A DNA stretch of 64,000 nucleotides, from NCBI RefSeq assembly GCF_964355755.1, contig NC_092671.1, forward strand, positions 14,880,001 to 14,944,000, read 5' to 3'. The translations under genes were made by a program, and so were the position numbers. The stretch comes from Antedon mediterranea. Lineage: Eukaryota; Animalia; Echinodermata. Shown piece after piece: positions 1-12,519 of this stretch. The notes below the pieces were generated by a model, which saw nothing but the letters and a program-made list of their open reading frames with translations, had not been told where the DNA came from and did not search any database. Within the stretch, counting starts at the first letter, position 1; the number at the start of each line of letters is the position of its first letter.

Positions 1-4
1 TTAC

Positions 5-3000
5 CTGTCGTTTGTATTTCAGGGTCACTTGGTGCACTTGACAGTGAATTATTGTTATGTACAGCAGTAACAGTCACATTATATGTTACACCTGGTAGCA
101 ACTCTGTGACATCCACAGATATAGTTTCAGTAGCATTCTCAGATAGACTTTCATTTACAAATAACAACTCCTCATCATTTAATGATTTTAAGATTATCCA
201 ATGCACTTTATAACTTCCAGGAGGATTTGGGGAATCCCAGCTGACTGTAAACCTGGTTTTCTCTACATCACTTATTGTTACATTTTCTGAAATAATACAA
301 ATGATATTACAGTGTTTAATTTGAACACGCTCATCTAAAAGTTGTTTTCTTTATTCTACCACCAGAACCATGAAATGATCCAAAAATATGTGATTTTATA
401 GCTGCAGTGGTTATGGTGGTGTATGGTAATTTACAACAGGTATGAAACCTTTATGTATGAATTGTTTTATCATTTATTTAAACCAGACCTTCCACCAATA
501 TAATATTATTCTTTTAAACCATAAAAATAGAAACATATATTCCTTGCCCTCTTTTCCAGTCAGATCAATTTTTTTCTTTAATAATCTGTTTTTATTGAAC
601 AAAAGGTACAGTATACTAACAGTAGGCCTAGTCTATTTAAAATAATATTATACAGTTGTTAAGGTACTACAATAACTATGATAGTATAGTACATGAAAAG
701 AATAGTTTTAAGAAATTAGCCAACTGAACATTCTGAAAATAAACACAATTGTTATTTTACTCAGAATATTATAACAAATGCATTTAGGATAGGACATAAA
801 AAGTAATTAAAATTAAAAGGACATAGATAAGTTGTTATTATAACTAGATTCAGGAAGTTGAAGAATATTATTTTACAACTTTCATAATGTACAATGAGGT
901 ACAATGGTTCAATTTAAAACCATTATGCTATTAAGAATGTCAAATGGAATGAGGAAACATAATAGAAATGTGTCTTACCCGGAGTGTTCAATATTTGAGC
1001 AGTGCAAAACTGTAAAAAAGAACAAACATCATACAATGACTAGTGAAATAATGGTAACTGTAGTTACGCCTAAAATATAAATATTTAAATATAGGTTGTG
1101 TGAAAAATGCCTCAACCACGATTTGTGTCTTCTGTTTGATATTGATCTTCTTCAGGGGTAGATTTAGGGTAAGGCATGAGGCACTCCTACTGTAGATGTT
1201 AAAAACAATTAAAAACCATCACAACCTACATGAGTACTGTATAGTAAAAACAAACTGATGTTGTAAATCTGCATCAGTTTTGTTGTAGTATTGTGTTTTC
1301 TATGGTTCTAGACTGAATTTCAACTTAATAATTGGTAACAAGATAAATATGTTTCATACATATAATAAAAGACTCGCACTGATGAAGGGCTAGTGTTGCC
1401 CAAAAGCTCTGCTAATTTTTCTGGCTGTTTTACTTTATCATTTTGATTTAGCTTTTTGCTTTTTTTTGTATCTCCATTGAAATCAATCCAGCCACTGATA
1501 CTGTACCCACAGCATTGTCATTTTTTTCAGTAATTTGCCTTTGGATTTAAAACTGCCCTTAAGATTTGACCTATAATTTATTACACTTTTATTATTTTAT
1601 TTTATTAATAATAACTATAACAATAATCTTTATAACAATAATTACAATAATTAAAAACAATAACTACTACAGTAGTAATGACTAAAATGTATGTGTTTAA
1701 ATTTTAAATGTAAATATGTACAGTATAATTATGTTTGTATGATGTAGTATGTTTAAGCAGATATTAGCCCTTGATGGCATTTGCAAGAATAAAGAAATTG
1801 AATTGAATTGAATTGAATAATAAAAGACAATAAATACAGACTGTTGCATTACTGTACATCATGTATTGTACCATACAGATAATCTGAAAGATGCTACGGT
1901 GTTACGGTATTCATTAATTCCAAATTTAAAACGATTAAATATAGTAAGATTATTGAAAAATAATATTAATAATCATAGTACCTGTACTTTATAGTCATTA
2001 TTCACTACAGGAGTACTGTAATCTGATAGAAATTAATGAAATCATATTATTTGTACTTTAATTTTTTTATGTGATTTTTTTTTTATTTTTGAGATAGGTG
2101 GGGATAATCTAAAGAATACTAGAGCGTTGGTTGCCTGGGAATTTCCAGAATTATAGTTTACTATACATCACTGTACACTGTACATTTACAGAATACCTCT
2201 GGGCTTTAAAAATGTTACGACTTTTTCAGAGAAAAAATAGAATTTTATTGTTTAGGACCACACAATCAACCAAAACCAGTTTTTCCAACAAACGTCTCTT
2301 TTTCTGTAAAGTACAGTATTTCCCAAATGCATTTTAGTAAAAGAGAGTTTTAAGAGAGAGTTTGTTTTCATTGTCAGTGATTCTTATTATGCTACAGTTA
2401 ATCTGCACATGCCACTGTCATTTAGAAAATGTAAAATTATGTAATGTCTACCCCACCAACCATGAAACAACATGTCAGTTGTCATCAAATTAAAATTATA
2501 TTTTTAGTATTCAAATATAATCTGTTTATGAAATCATACTTTTAATCGAAATTATTGTTGTCAGTTTTGTGTTTTTGTATCTAAGTAAATGATTACATAC
2601 AGTTTTGTATCATCCTACGTAAGCAAAAACGACCTTGTGAAAAACACCAATTTGGTGAATCTAGTTCTGTATATGTTTCGAAATAAAGTTGTAATTAATA
2701 ATATTATATTATTAAATAGTACAGTAATTCTGATAATATAATAATTCCGACAAAAAAAAATAACTTGGGGCCATTGGCAGCCCGATATGAATAAGAGGAC
2801 ACCATAATGGTTTTTTGGGGTGTTTGGTAATATAAATATACAGTACCAATCTATACTTTACTTTATGATTGGCAATGGAATGTATCAAAATACGTTCTGT
2901 GAGAAGGTCACATCCCTCTAGTGTTATTTATAGTCTACAATGAGAACGTACAGTACATGTATGGGTCACAAGTGGAGGTTGAATAATTACCCTTTTCATT

Positions 3001-3412
3001 GAAATCATTCAGCGTAACCATTTAACAATACCGGTTACCACAATACTGTGGTGGATACTACAAAAACCGAATGACACATCGGATAAAAACCGTGTCCACC
3101 CAGTTCTTTACTATTCGGCCTAAAAGTAAAGGGTTGTCACATTTTATATAATTATATAACACACAGTACTTTTATATTAAAGTAATACATCTGTTTTCAA
3201 TTATGTTATAACATGATTGCGTTTTGAGCCGTTTAGGGATTTACTAAACGTAAACTAAAGAAGCTCATTTAGTAGTAATATAATCTTTTGACCTCTTCTG
3301 GTTCTTTACTACACACGACTGTACTGCAGTCTGGATTAGTTAGGAAAACACGGTAATATCTTACCTTTAGAATTACACTCCAAATAATAAAGCTTAAAAC
3401 ATGTAGCTTCAT
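5..3412 (-). CDS. 5' part of a secreted or type I membrane fibronectin type III (FN3) domain protein, possibly an R3-type receptor tyrosine phosphatase; exons complement(3365..3412, 979..1009, 5..286); continues beyond position 1
   Basis: Not in the ORF track. Spliced by hand: MKLHVLSFIIWSVILK|FCTAQILNTP|ENVTISDVEKTRFTVSWDSPNPPGSYKVHW...VTELLPGVTYNVTVTAVHNNNSLSSAPSDPEIQTT. All junctions are GT-AG with matching phases (0, 1, 1). Signal peptide is followed by FN3 hallmarks (P-x-N-V-T, V-S-W, L-x-P-G-x-x-Y-x-V-x-V-x-A) in a 282-nt phase 1-1 exon. The phosphatase identity is only a guess. Confidence 0.85.
1376..1560 (+). mobile_element. Degenerate Penelope-like element terminal fragment with a decayed minimal hammerhead motif
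   Basis: gca-CTGATGA-agggc tagtgtt gccc-AAAA-gc-TC-tgc at 1376-1412 (the conserved GAAA reads AAAA), followed by a T-rich tract. Boundaries are approximate. Confidence 0.45.
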
Positions 3413-5383
3413 AATAATTTGAGTGTGATGATCAGTTAAATATATATATCTTGTTATAAACTAAACGCTATATTGCCGACGGAAGAACTAAATTAGTTTA
3501 TAACCACTCCATAAGTTCCAACAATGCTTCCAAACTTTATTTATATTTCGAAGAAGCGGATCGAATTGCCGGGTAAGTATACTACTATCCTTGTTTTTCC
3601 AGGATCGTTTTCCACAGTCTAATCCTTGTAAATCCTTAACTATCAGTCCGCTGACGATGGCTTCATGTCGTTGTCAATGTTGGCTTGGTAAATAAGGAAA
3701 TAGTTGGTTTTATTTATTGGTAGTATAAACTTCCTGCTGTAGGCAAACAGAGCCACAATATCTCGCTTCACTTATCAACAATGTCACCAATTGAATGACG
3801 ATCAATTGGTGACGTATGATGGCGGTGTAAGATCACAGAGATACGCTATCTAAAAATGTATTTGCTGTGACCAGAGTCTATAATGACCCACTCAGGCTAT
3901 GTTAGGTGGTCATTTATAGGCCTACTGGTCGAATATTTTAATTGATGATAAATAAATTCACTTAGATACATTTATTTCTCTCTTTTTACAATTTTTCCAA
4001 AATAACATTTGTTTGGAAAATGATAATTTCTAGTAGAATCTTTACTCGAATAATAGGAAATCACCTAATGTAACCTACTTAATGATAGTTAAATCAGTTT
4101 TTATTATTAATTTATTAAAACGAATGTAGTTTTAACTATTTCTCCCGAACTGTCTAATCATGGCATAATGGTTGTTAGAATTGTACAGATCGGGTACAAC
4201 AATCATGGACTTAATAAAACTTTGTGATCCAACAACAAAAGCTATAGTGTACCGCAAGTTTAATTGACCAATCACGTCGCGATAGATCCTCCGAAGTCGC
4301 TTGTTGTTTGGTCATCTCGTAATAGTGCGTTGCGTCATGTAGAGTTTCAATTATTTGGTACATGAGCAAAACAATTCTCAATTGAGTGGCAATGATATGA
4401 AACTAGAAGGAAGATAGAACTAATAATAATAATAATATCTTTGTATGTTTAGCAGGATGTGTTTTGTTAATATTAATCAATACATATAAACAAAATATGT
4501 TTTAACTTCCTTTACCACCATCGTAGGCCTACTTCATCAAAAAGGTACTTATGTATGTGAAACGACCAACAATTAAAACACTCGTTCAAAACTGTGCTAA
4601 ATATATGGTTTCGATTAGACAATAAGTTAAACAAGTTGGTTGATTACCGTCGGTACATATTATATTTATAAACATTTTGACAATATTAACATTACTTTTG
4701 GAATTGTGCGAGACTAATGTCTTTGATACAGTATTTATATAAAATATGGATAAACTTCCTCAATACACATTTACGGTATCATTGTGCGTATTATTATTAT
4801 TGATATTATCAATGATGATTAATACGTACGAGTTATTGCACTCTACCCTAATGTACAATTAATGGGACACAGACCTATAGGCCTATATACGTTGACCAAA
4901 AAGTGGATAAAAATATTTAGGCCCTAGCTGATAAAAAAAAAAGTAAACCGTCAATATACAATAATCATATCAGTCCCCTTTTTAAAGAAGGGAATAACTT
5001 TATCAAGGACTCGGTCTATAAGTTTGATTTTGTGATGAATACAGTACATCCTTTCTAAAGGACGTAGACGCAACATAAGTGAGTTGACCAATAGCACATG
5101 ACAGTTCGGATAATCCACCATCGCTTGTGATAGTCAAATCACTCACACTGTGCGCTTAATGTATCCTTTGTGTTGCGTCTAGTCTTTCTGTATATTATTT
5201 CCAATATAAATATGAAATTTAGGCGGTTTTTAGTATACCGCCCTCTATCATTTTGACCCGCGTTTCTTATTTTGTTTCTTTCCTCCAAAGCCAGTTGACA
5301 TGAAATCGATATTTTTAACACAATAACAACGCTAAGCACCATACTTTGGGTACTTAAATTATGTATTGTAAGTTGAAAAGGCT

Positions 5384-7030
5384 ATGACCGGCATTAGAAG
5401 CAATATGCGGACTAAAATTAGGTATATACTAGCTTTTACACTGACTGTTCTTATATTGTTTGTGCTGTATTTGAAAGGCCCGAAGACACCGAAGCCTAGC
5501 TATAGTAAAATTTCCGAAGATACTGTTGTAGGCTACGCTTTCAACAACGGGGAAAAAAGATCCGGTGCAGCAGTAGCTCCAATTAACTGGAAGAGCCACG
5601 TCAGGTAACGTACAACAAATGTATAGTTTTACTCTTTATATTATATCTGACTAATGTAGCATATTATAGGCCATATGGTTGGGTTGGGTTGGGCTGTACG
5701 TAACCGGCATGGGATTTATCTAAATATAGGTTAGGCCATATAAATAGTAATACTCTCACAAGCCGCCGGAACTTCTGACTAATCCAACTTTTAATAATTT
5801 TATAGGGGCCTTGTGGTGACGATGTATAAATTAATTTCAATATGTGATTAGGTGCAAATGATACAGTAAATATAATTATTTGTTATGTCTATTTTCAACA
5901 GGAAATCTGAAAAGGACCGAGATAAAGAAGTAAAGGAAACAAGTAAAATATCAAGTAAACAAAATGAACAATATCACAGAGATTGCAAACCAAAAGTCAA
6001 CATTACACTTTTAAAAGTTCACAAAACTGGAAGTAGTACACTTCAAAATATATTTCTACGCTATGGCGATAAAAACAATCTTAATTTTGCAATTCCACCA
6101 ATTGGTCACCACCTGGGATACCCACAATATTTTGAGAAAAAACACATGATACCTGTGAATGGTGCATGTAATATTTATTGCCACCATTCACGATTTAGTT
6201 CTGAAGTACTAGATGTTATGCCACCAAACTCGGTTTACATCAGTATACTTCGAGATCCTGTGCCTGTTTTTGAAAGTGCATTTACATACTTTAAGATGGA
6301 TGGACGCGCGGGCATGCCAGGAGATCCAGACGCTATGACTAAGTTCTTACAGCGGCCCAAGCATTTTTACAACAAAATGCGGAGCAAAGTACACGCAAGA
6401 AATGTTATGCTTTTTGATTTTGGTTTTCCAGAAGAAGACTTTGATGATGACAGTCTTATTCAAAAAGCAATAAAAATGATTGAAAAGCAGTTTAATTTAA
6501 TCGTTATTGCCGAGTACTTTGATGAATCGCTTATACTTCTGAAAGAATTACTTTGTTTTTCTCTTGAAGACATTGCATTTTTTAAAATGAATTCGCGTAA
6601 AGAAAATTCAGTTCATCAGCTTTCAGATCAACTGAAAAAAAGTATAATTGATTGGAATAAAGGCGATGTTATGTTGTATGAACATTTTAACAGAACTTTA
6701 TGGCAACGCATTAAAGCGTTTGGTGTTGAAAAAATGGCTGCAGAGGTAGAACAACTTAGAGAGATAAACCAAAAGTTGTTTGATAAATGTATCGCTACGG
6801 ATACTGGTGGACAGGGTGACGGCAAATACAGGATATTTCAACCTCCAGGTGTTAAAATAAATACTTTTGTTTTAAAGGAATCTGCGAAAAAAGACCAATT
6901 ATGCGAACAAATGGTGAAACCTGAGATAAGCTACACACAAGATTTGCGTAGAAAGCAATTTCCAAACTTTAAAAGTCCTCAAGGGATGAGACATCGGCAA
7001 CGGCCACCAGTAAAAAGAAAGCCATTTTGA
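5384..7030 (+). CDS. Galactose-3-O-sulfotransferase (GAL3ST/cerebroside sulfotransferase family), paralog 1; join(5384..5604,5902..7030), 449 aa
   Basis: Exon 1 encodes a type II signal anchor (YILAFTLTVLILFVLYL). Donor AG|gtaac at 5604 and acceptor ttttcaacag|G at 5902 are both phase 2. Catalytic exon has the 5'-PAPS motif LKVHKTGSST, ILRDP..FES, RNVMLFDFG, FNLIVIAEYFDESLILLK and WNKGDVMLYEHFNRTLW, typical of the Gal-3-O-sulfotransferase family. Confidence 0.93.
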
Positions 7031-9001
7031 GTGACATGATTTTTCCTAAGCCTAGACAAATAGTTAAGTTATTTACAAGCACATATTTGGACTGATCACA
7101 ACATGTTATTCTGACCTGGTACATACTGTATCAGTTATGCCTATATACTGTAAGTGACAACAAGAGCAATTAAAAAAAAATGATGGAAAGTATATAATTC
7201 AATTTTATTCTACTTAGCCACAGTCAGCAAAAGCAAATTTAAACAAATATACTAGTCAGCTAATAAATTAAATTTAATACTGATCTTAGCTCACATTACT
7301 GTAAATTTGTAAGTGCAGTAATTGTAAATGAAAATTTAATGGATATTGGCACTGAATTTCCTTTCTCAGGTATAATATGCTCATCTATCTTCCAAAATGC
7401 TACACACTCCAATGCCAACGTTTTTAGTACAAGAGGTCATATTTAGCATCACTGTTTTTATTCTATGATTATTTGATTATTATTTGAAGTAATGTGCCCA
7501 TTATGGGACTCGTCAAAAACAATTTAAACATAATTTATTGTTTTTAAAAAAAATGTATTGGATTGTATATAAAAACACTTAAAAACTATAAATTATATTG
7601 CAACAACCAAATACCACTGCTGAACATTTATGTTTATATTGCAACATGACAGACAGTAATGGAGTAAACTCCATGTACAATCTACTTATTTAAAGATTAT
7701 ATATTTGTATTGTATATTAGTTATATTTATTTTTGTATATATTTAATAGTTTTACATTCATATCCTATTTTTGAGTATATTTTTATTTATGTACGTTTAA
7801 GGACAGTTTATGTTAAAACAATATTTGTTGTGTTATATCGTTGTAGGCCTGTCTAGGCAATTTTCATTATTACTTGTAATGTGTGCACATAGGTTAGAGA
7901 TATTTCTCTGTGCTGATTATTTTAAAGTTAGGTTTTAACATTTTTACATTAAGAATTTTAATTAAAACAATTTATTAGAAGAATGTGTGTTTAATGGGTG
8001 AGTTTTTGGGGATGAGGAAGTCTATTGGGGTTGTGAAGGTATTTGTCAAACGTTTCAAAAGAGGGTACAGTATTCATGAGTATGAAACCAATATCCTGAA
8101 ATAAACATGGCTTTAAATAAGAAAAAAATAGTTGTTTTTGCAAACATATAGCATTCATGTGTATCAATTTACACCATTTCAGGCCAATATTTGGAACGTT
8201 TTTGGCTTGTTTTAAATATACTTTTAAAATGCGCATTTAGTTTAAGGATGGAATTTATCACAGGGTTAATGTGTAAAAAGTTTTTTTATTATACATTTTA
8301 TTTATATTATTAATAGCTTAGTTTGAGTTAATTCCTTTAATATATATCATTAATATTGTCGGTTACATTAATGTATTGTATGTCAATTGCAAAATATATA
8401 TGCAGATATATAATAGCACATATACTTGTTTATTGTATTATTACTCGTTCCGTTTCAGTATCATTGGCATTCAAGACTAACTAAAGTTCTAACTCTGACC
8501 ATGGAGGTAAACCTCAATGCTCTCACTGACTTTTCATACGGCCAGAAAGGATGTACATTACGATATAATACATTAGGCTAAAATGGTTTAAATACAGTTG
8601 TTCTTCTTGGGCAGTTGTCATCATAATCATATAAGCTACTTTTCCATCGATCAAATTACTTTAAACCCCAACCAAATTACGTCTACGTACACTCCCTACT
8701 AATACAAAATTTAATTGATAGCACTAGATGTATTACGAGTTACACATTTTTTTCTACTTAACTTCTGCATAGCTAATTAGGTATATAAACTGATTTACGA
8801 TTTACAAGCACAGTAAATTAATGTTTCATCACAAATTTATTAGCCGTAAAGCCTTTTGAATATTTAATATTTTTTTCCGAGGGATGTAAATATTAATTCA
8901 TAATCGGAGAGGCCTCTTACTTTACATAGGTTGCATATAAAATATACGGTGTTCGATGGAATATGGTGTTGTTTTCAATGTGTGTGAGACCCTGATCGGG
9001 T

Positions 9002-9320
9002 ATCACCACCCGAAAGGGGACAAGTTGCGATCTATGTCTATGATATTGACATTTGACCCTTAATCACAAAGGATTTTTTTCATAAGGTGGTTGAATAGAC
9101 ACATATAATCATAACAATGTCATAAAAGACCAAATTGTTCTTCAATAAATTTGTTATAATACATTATACATAATACTGTTGTAATTGGTAAATTTTGAAC
9201 CTTAACCCCTTATATCTCGAAAACGCTTCCTATCCTGATCGATTACCTTCCATATTCGTAATCTACGGAAAATTCTTGTCTAGAAAAGTTGGATGGCAAT
9301 GTCCACCTTTGGGTGGTGAT
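9002..9320. mobile_element. Non-autonomous DNA element with ~20-30 bp (sub)terminal inverted repeats (MITE or Helentron-associated type)
   Basis: atcaccacccgaaaggggac at 9002 versus gtccacctttgggtggtgat ending at 9320 (reverse complement atcaccacccaaaggtggac). A small hairpin accc-tgatc-gggt lies just left of the left repeat. Confidence 0.6.
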
Positions 9321-9686
9321 TTATTTATTTATTTATTTATTTTATTTTATTTTATTTTATGTCTTTAGGCAATGTGGCCAAGGATTACCAATAGTGAATT
9401 AATCACTGTCCTATCAGATAGGTGGTAATCCCCCTGATACAGGGGGCTATTGTGTGAACCAGTTCACCAGGGTAACCCCCTACTCTTTTTCGAATAATGA
9501 ACTGGGTTCTTTAGTGCACACAGGTTATAACTGTGTACACTGGACCTACGGTTTATAGTCCTTATCCGAGAAGACTTGTTCCACCACCAGAACTAGGAGC
9601 GAGTTCGGCCTCGAACCCTTGCCAATGTTGGCTCTTTAGGTACGGTAAACGGCGCCCCTGCCTTAACCGCTCGGCCATATGATTTC
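9321..9686 (-). mobile_element. tRNA-derived SINE with Deu (Nin-like) central domain, apparently full length
   Basis: On the minus strand: Pol III A box TGGCCGAGCGG (9677-9667), B box GGTTCGAGGCC (9617-9607), core CTCGGATAAGGACTATAAACCGTAGGTCC...TATTCGAAAAAGAGTAGGGGGTTACCCTGGTG resembling the DeuSINE/AmnSINE core, and an (AAAAT/AAAT)n tail at 9321-9360. A near-identical copy is at 54707-55146. Confidence 0.85.
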
Positions 9687-11636
9687 ACCCCCCCCCCCCC
9701 CCTCCTGCCACCGGACTATGAGTAATTACTCCATGCACTTATTTAAATGTTAAAAGCGGAGACAGCCCTTTGAAAAATCTGCATAATAAAAGTAAAGCAT
9801 ACTCAAGTGCTATGAGAATGTAAAACAACACTACTTAAACAACACAGCATTAATTTACGATGTTGAGGCATGTTACAGCCACACGTATAGTAAAATTGTA
9901 TACGGTGAAATATTTAATGGGCACTGTTGTAGCCTATTGTTTATTTTATTATATTAATTACATCCGATCATGGAGGAATTATTTCGATCTCTTGATTCGA
10001 TATATTATTGATACACCATACATACATCGAATTATAAAGTCTTATTATAAAACTAAAAAAAAGCCTAACCATAATTTTTTAAATCGGTATATTTGTTGGT
10101 TTGTTATTGAGAGAGATAGGCCTACACGTCGTGCCAAATTATATTATCTGAAATTATATCTACAGCCGCGGTTTGCATCCTGGTTGTAGACTTCCCCTTT
10201 GTTCCCTTTGTAGGAGTGGTAACTATGAGATTAATATTTCCGTCTTGATAAATATTGACCCTGGAAGGGGTCTGGAATTAGTAGGCCTATAGCACATTTA
10301 AAACAAACTGAAATCGTCAACAATAATAATAATAATGTAAATAAAATCAAAGAAACACCAAGCAGCAATAAGAGAGGGGGGTGGGGGACTTGCCGAGTCT
10401 CTTGTACAGTTTAGTCAGGGAAGAGTAAAATTACATTTAATTACACTCTTCACTGGTATAGTGAGGCTTCTGTTAATGACTTTAACATAAATAAACCTCC
10501 CTTTTTCATGTTCTCTTTTCAGATGGTGTAATTCCAGTCTCATAATAGTGTGAACATTTACTCATGGGCCCATTTCACACGTTCCCTTGCTGGTACTGTT
10601 CCGGGAAATATGGATACCTTATTCAATTATTTAGGACTCTTATTCGTGACATCATAAACAGCGAATAATTGTTTGATACTGTCAAAAATTAAAGACATCG
10701 TGAGTAAACAGTAATGTATTGGCATGTAATTGGTATGAAAACAACAATAAAAATTGGGTTATGTAATTTAACCATGGAGCCCGGATACACTTAACGTCAT
10801 TGGTTTAAAGTTTGTGCACTCATTGTGCTATCGTTAGGGTCATCGTGCCCGACCGGGTCAATATTTTAAATTGCTCGAAAACGAAATTCCGTTGAATATA
10901 GCCTACTATAGGTGCAATATAGCACACAGAATCACATAGAAACCGAATTCCTTGAAAATACAGTAGCCTGGCTGCGGCATGTCATTTTATCCATGTCTTT
11001 ATGATTGGTTTGATCTAAAAAGAAATGACAAGGATTATAATGCAGGCCCTAGTCGATCGAGTTAGATCGATTGTTTCGGTTTTTTTGAAACAACAAGCTA
11101 TTTATAATCAATTGTTTCATTTTTCTGATGTCTTTTCTTATTTACAGATATAAATAGTTAGACATTTTTCATTTTTATTAGTTAATCATTTCTCATAGAA
11201 ACAAGTGTATAGAAAACACCAGATAGATTAATACCTACATATTGTGTTGCTGATCTTGACTGAATATAACCATTTATTGGATTTTATTACATTTTTCATG
11301 TTAATGCATAATTTAACTCTGATTACTTTTTACAAGCAATGCTTTAGGGAAATTAAAAGAACTGTCAGTTTAATTGAAGGCTACTAAAACTAAATACAAA
11401 AAAAGTGATAAATGTAAATGATGTCAACTTGATGTTCTATTTGTAATTAGGGATCTTTCAGACAGAGAACCTACGACCTACGAATAGTGTGTTGTTGGCC
11501 GTTCCCTGCATAGACCTTAGGAACAGTGTACATTTTAAAAATATTTGTAAAAGCGCACCTGACAATATAGTGGCAGATAATCTGTTTAAATAGACCATAT
11601 GCATACAGTATGCAGTGAAATTGTTTCACCCATGTT

Positions 11637-11786
11637 AGACTCCGTCTACACTATCAAACTAGTTTGACAACAACAAGGGCAATGTGCTCAAACATGGTAG
11701 GTAGTGATATGGCATCATTATGTCCATATATATGGGCACCTCACATTTTGTTGACACACAAAGTTTGATAGTGTAGACAGAGATTT
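11637..11786. mobile_element. MITE, same family as 47808-47959, opposite orientation
   Basis: Terminal inverted repeats ctccgtctacactatcaaact / agtttgatagtgtagacagag, ~150 bp. Interior matches the reverse complement of the 47.8 kb copy. Confidence 0.75.
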
Positions 11787-12519
11787 AGGAAATGACATTT
11801 CAGATTAATTGTAATAATTATAAGCGCTTACGGTATGATGCGCCGGATTTCGATGATAAACATGTGCAACCGATAAAATAATTTGTAATAATTATAGGCC
11901 TAATTATTGCAAATTCCATATCAACTCTCAATTTAGGATTTGTAAATAAATAGAATATATAAAATAGATAACATTCATTTCCAGTAGGCCTAGTTTTCAG
12001 CGCTAATCACAAAGGAAACTTATATAGATATTTTTCTTTGTAATAACCTGTAGCCTATAGGCCTACTGATCAACGAGAACGGAATATAATAAGTTTTAGA
12101 ACCGTTGCTCGAAGTTTTTGCAAATGAGGGCGGTAGATATGTTTTGTATAATAATTGTAATTGTATAATGCATTATAAAAAGATTTAAAAAAAAAAAACA
12201 GTTTTAATAAGTGTTTTAATATCATAGCATATTTACATAATGTTATGGTAGTAGTCGCTGTGGTTTTAAAAGAAAATACATTATGAAAATCATGGATTGC
12301 CCCATGTCTTGAATAATCAGAAACTGTACTAAGGTAATTAAAAGAAATATAAATGAGAATTGATGTTGTCGTTGAAATGGTTCATTTACTACACATTACA
12401 TGTGCGTACGCATAATAAAAATTACAAGAATATAATTGAAAGAAAAAATATTGTTTTATGCTTTTGCATGCATTTTGCATCTTGAAAACTGAGGAAGATT
12501 GGCTGGGTTTGTATTAACA

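Noticed and set aside
5885-5901. ORF-track starts at 5885, 24182, 25421, 57771 and 59521
   Set aside because: They lie in introns or 5' UTR upstream of the inferred acceptors or ATG; the proteins are spliced.
9600-9686. tRNA gene
   Set aside because: A and B boxes are present but there is no proper cloverleaf; it is the head of a SINE repeated at 55 kb.
9860-10189. 109-aa ORF and similar I/F/Y/L-rich short ORFs across the window
   Set aside because: Composition expected from random AT-rich DNA; no domains and no splice support.
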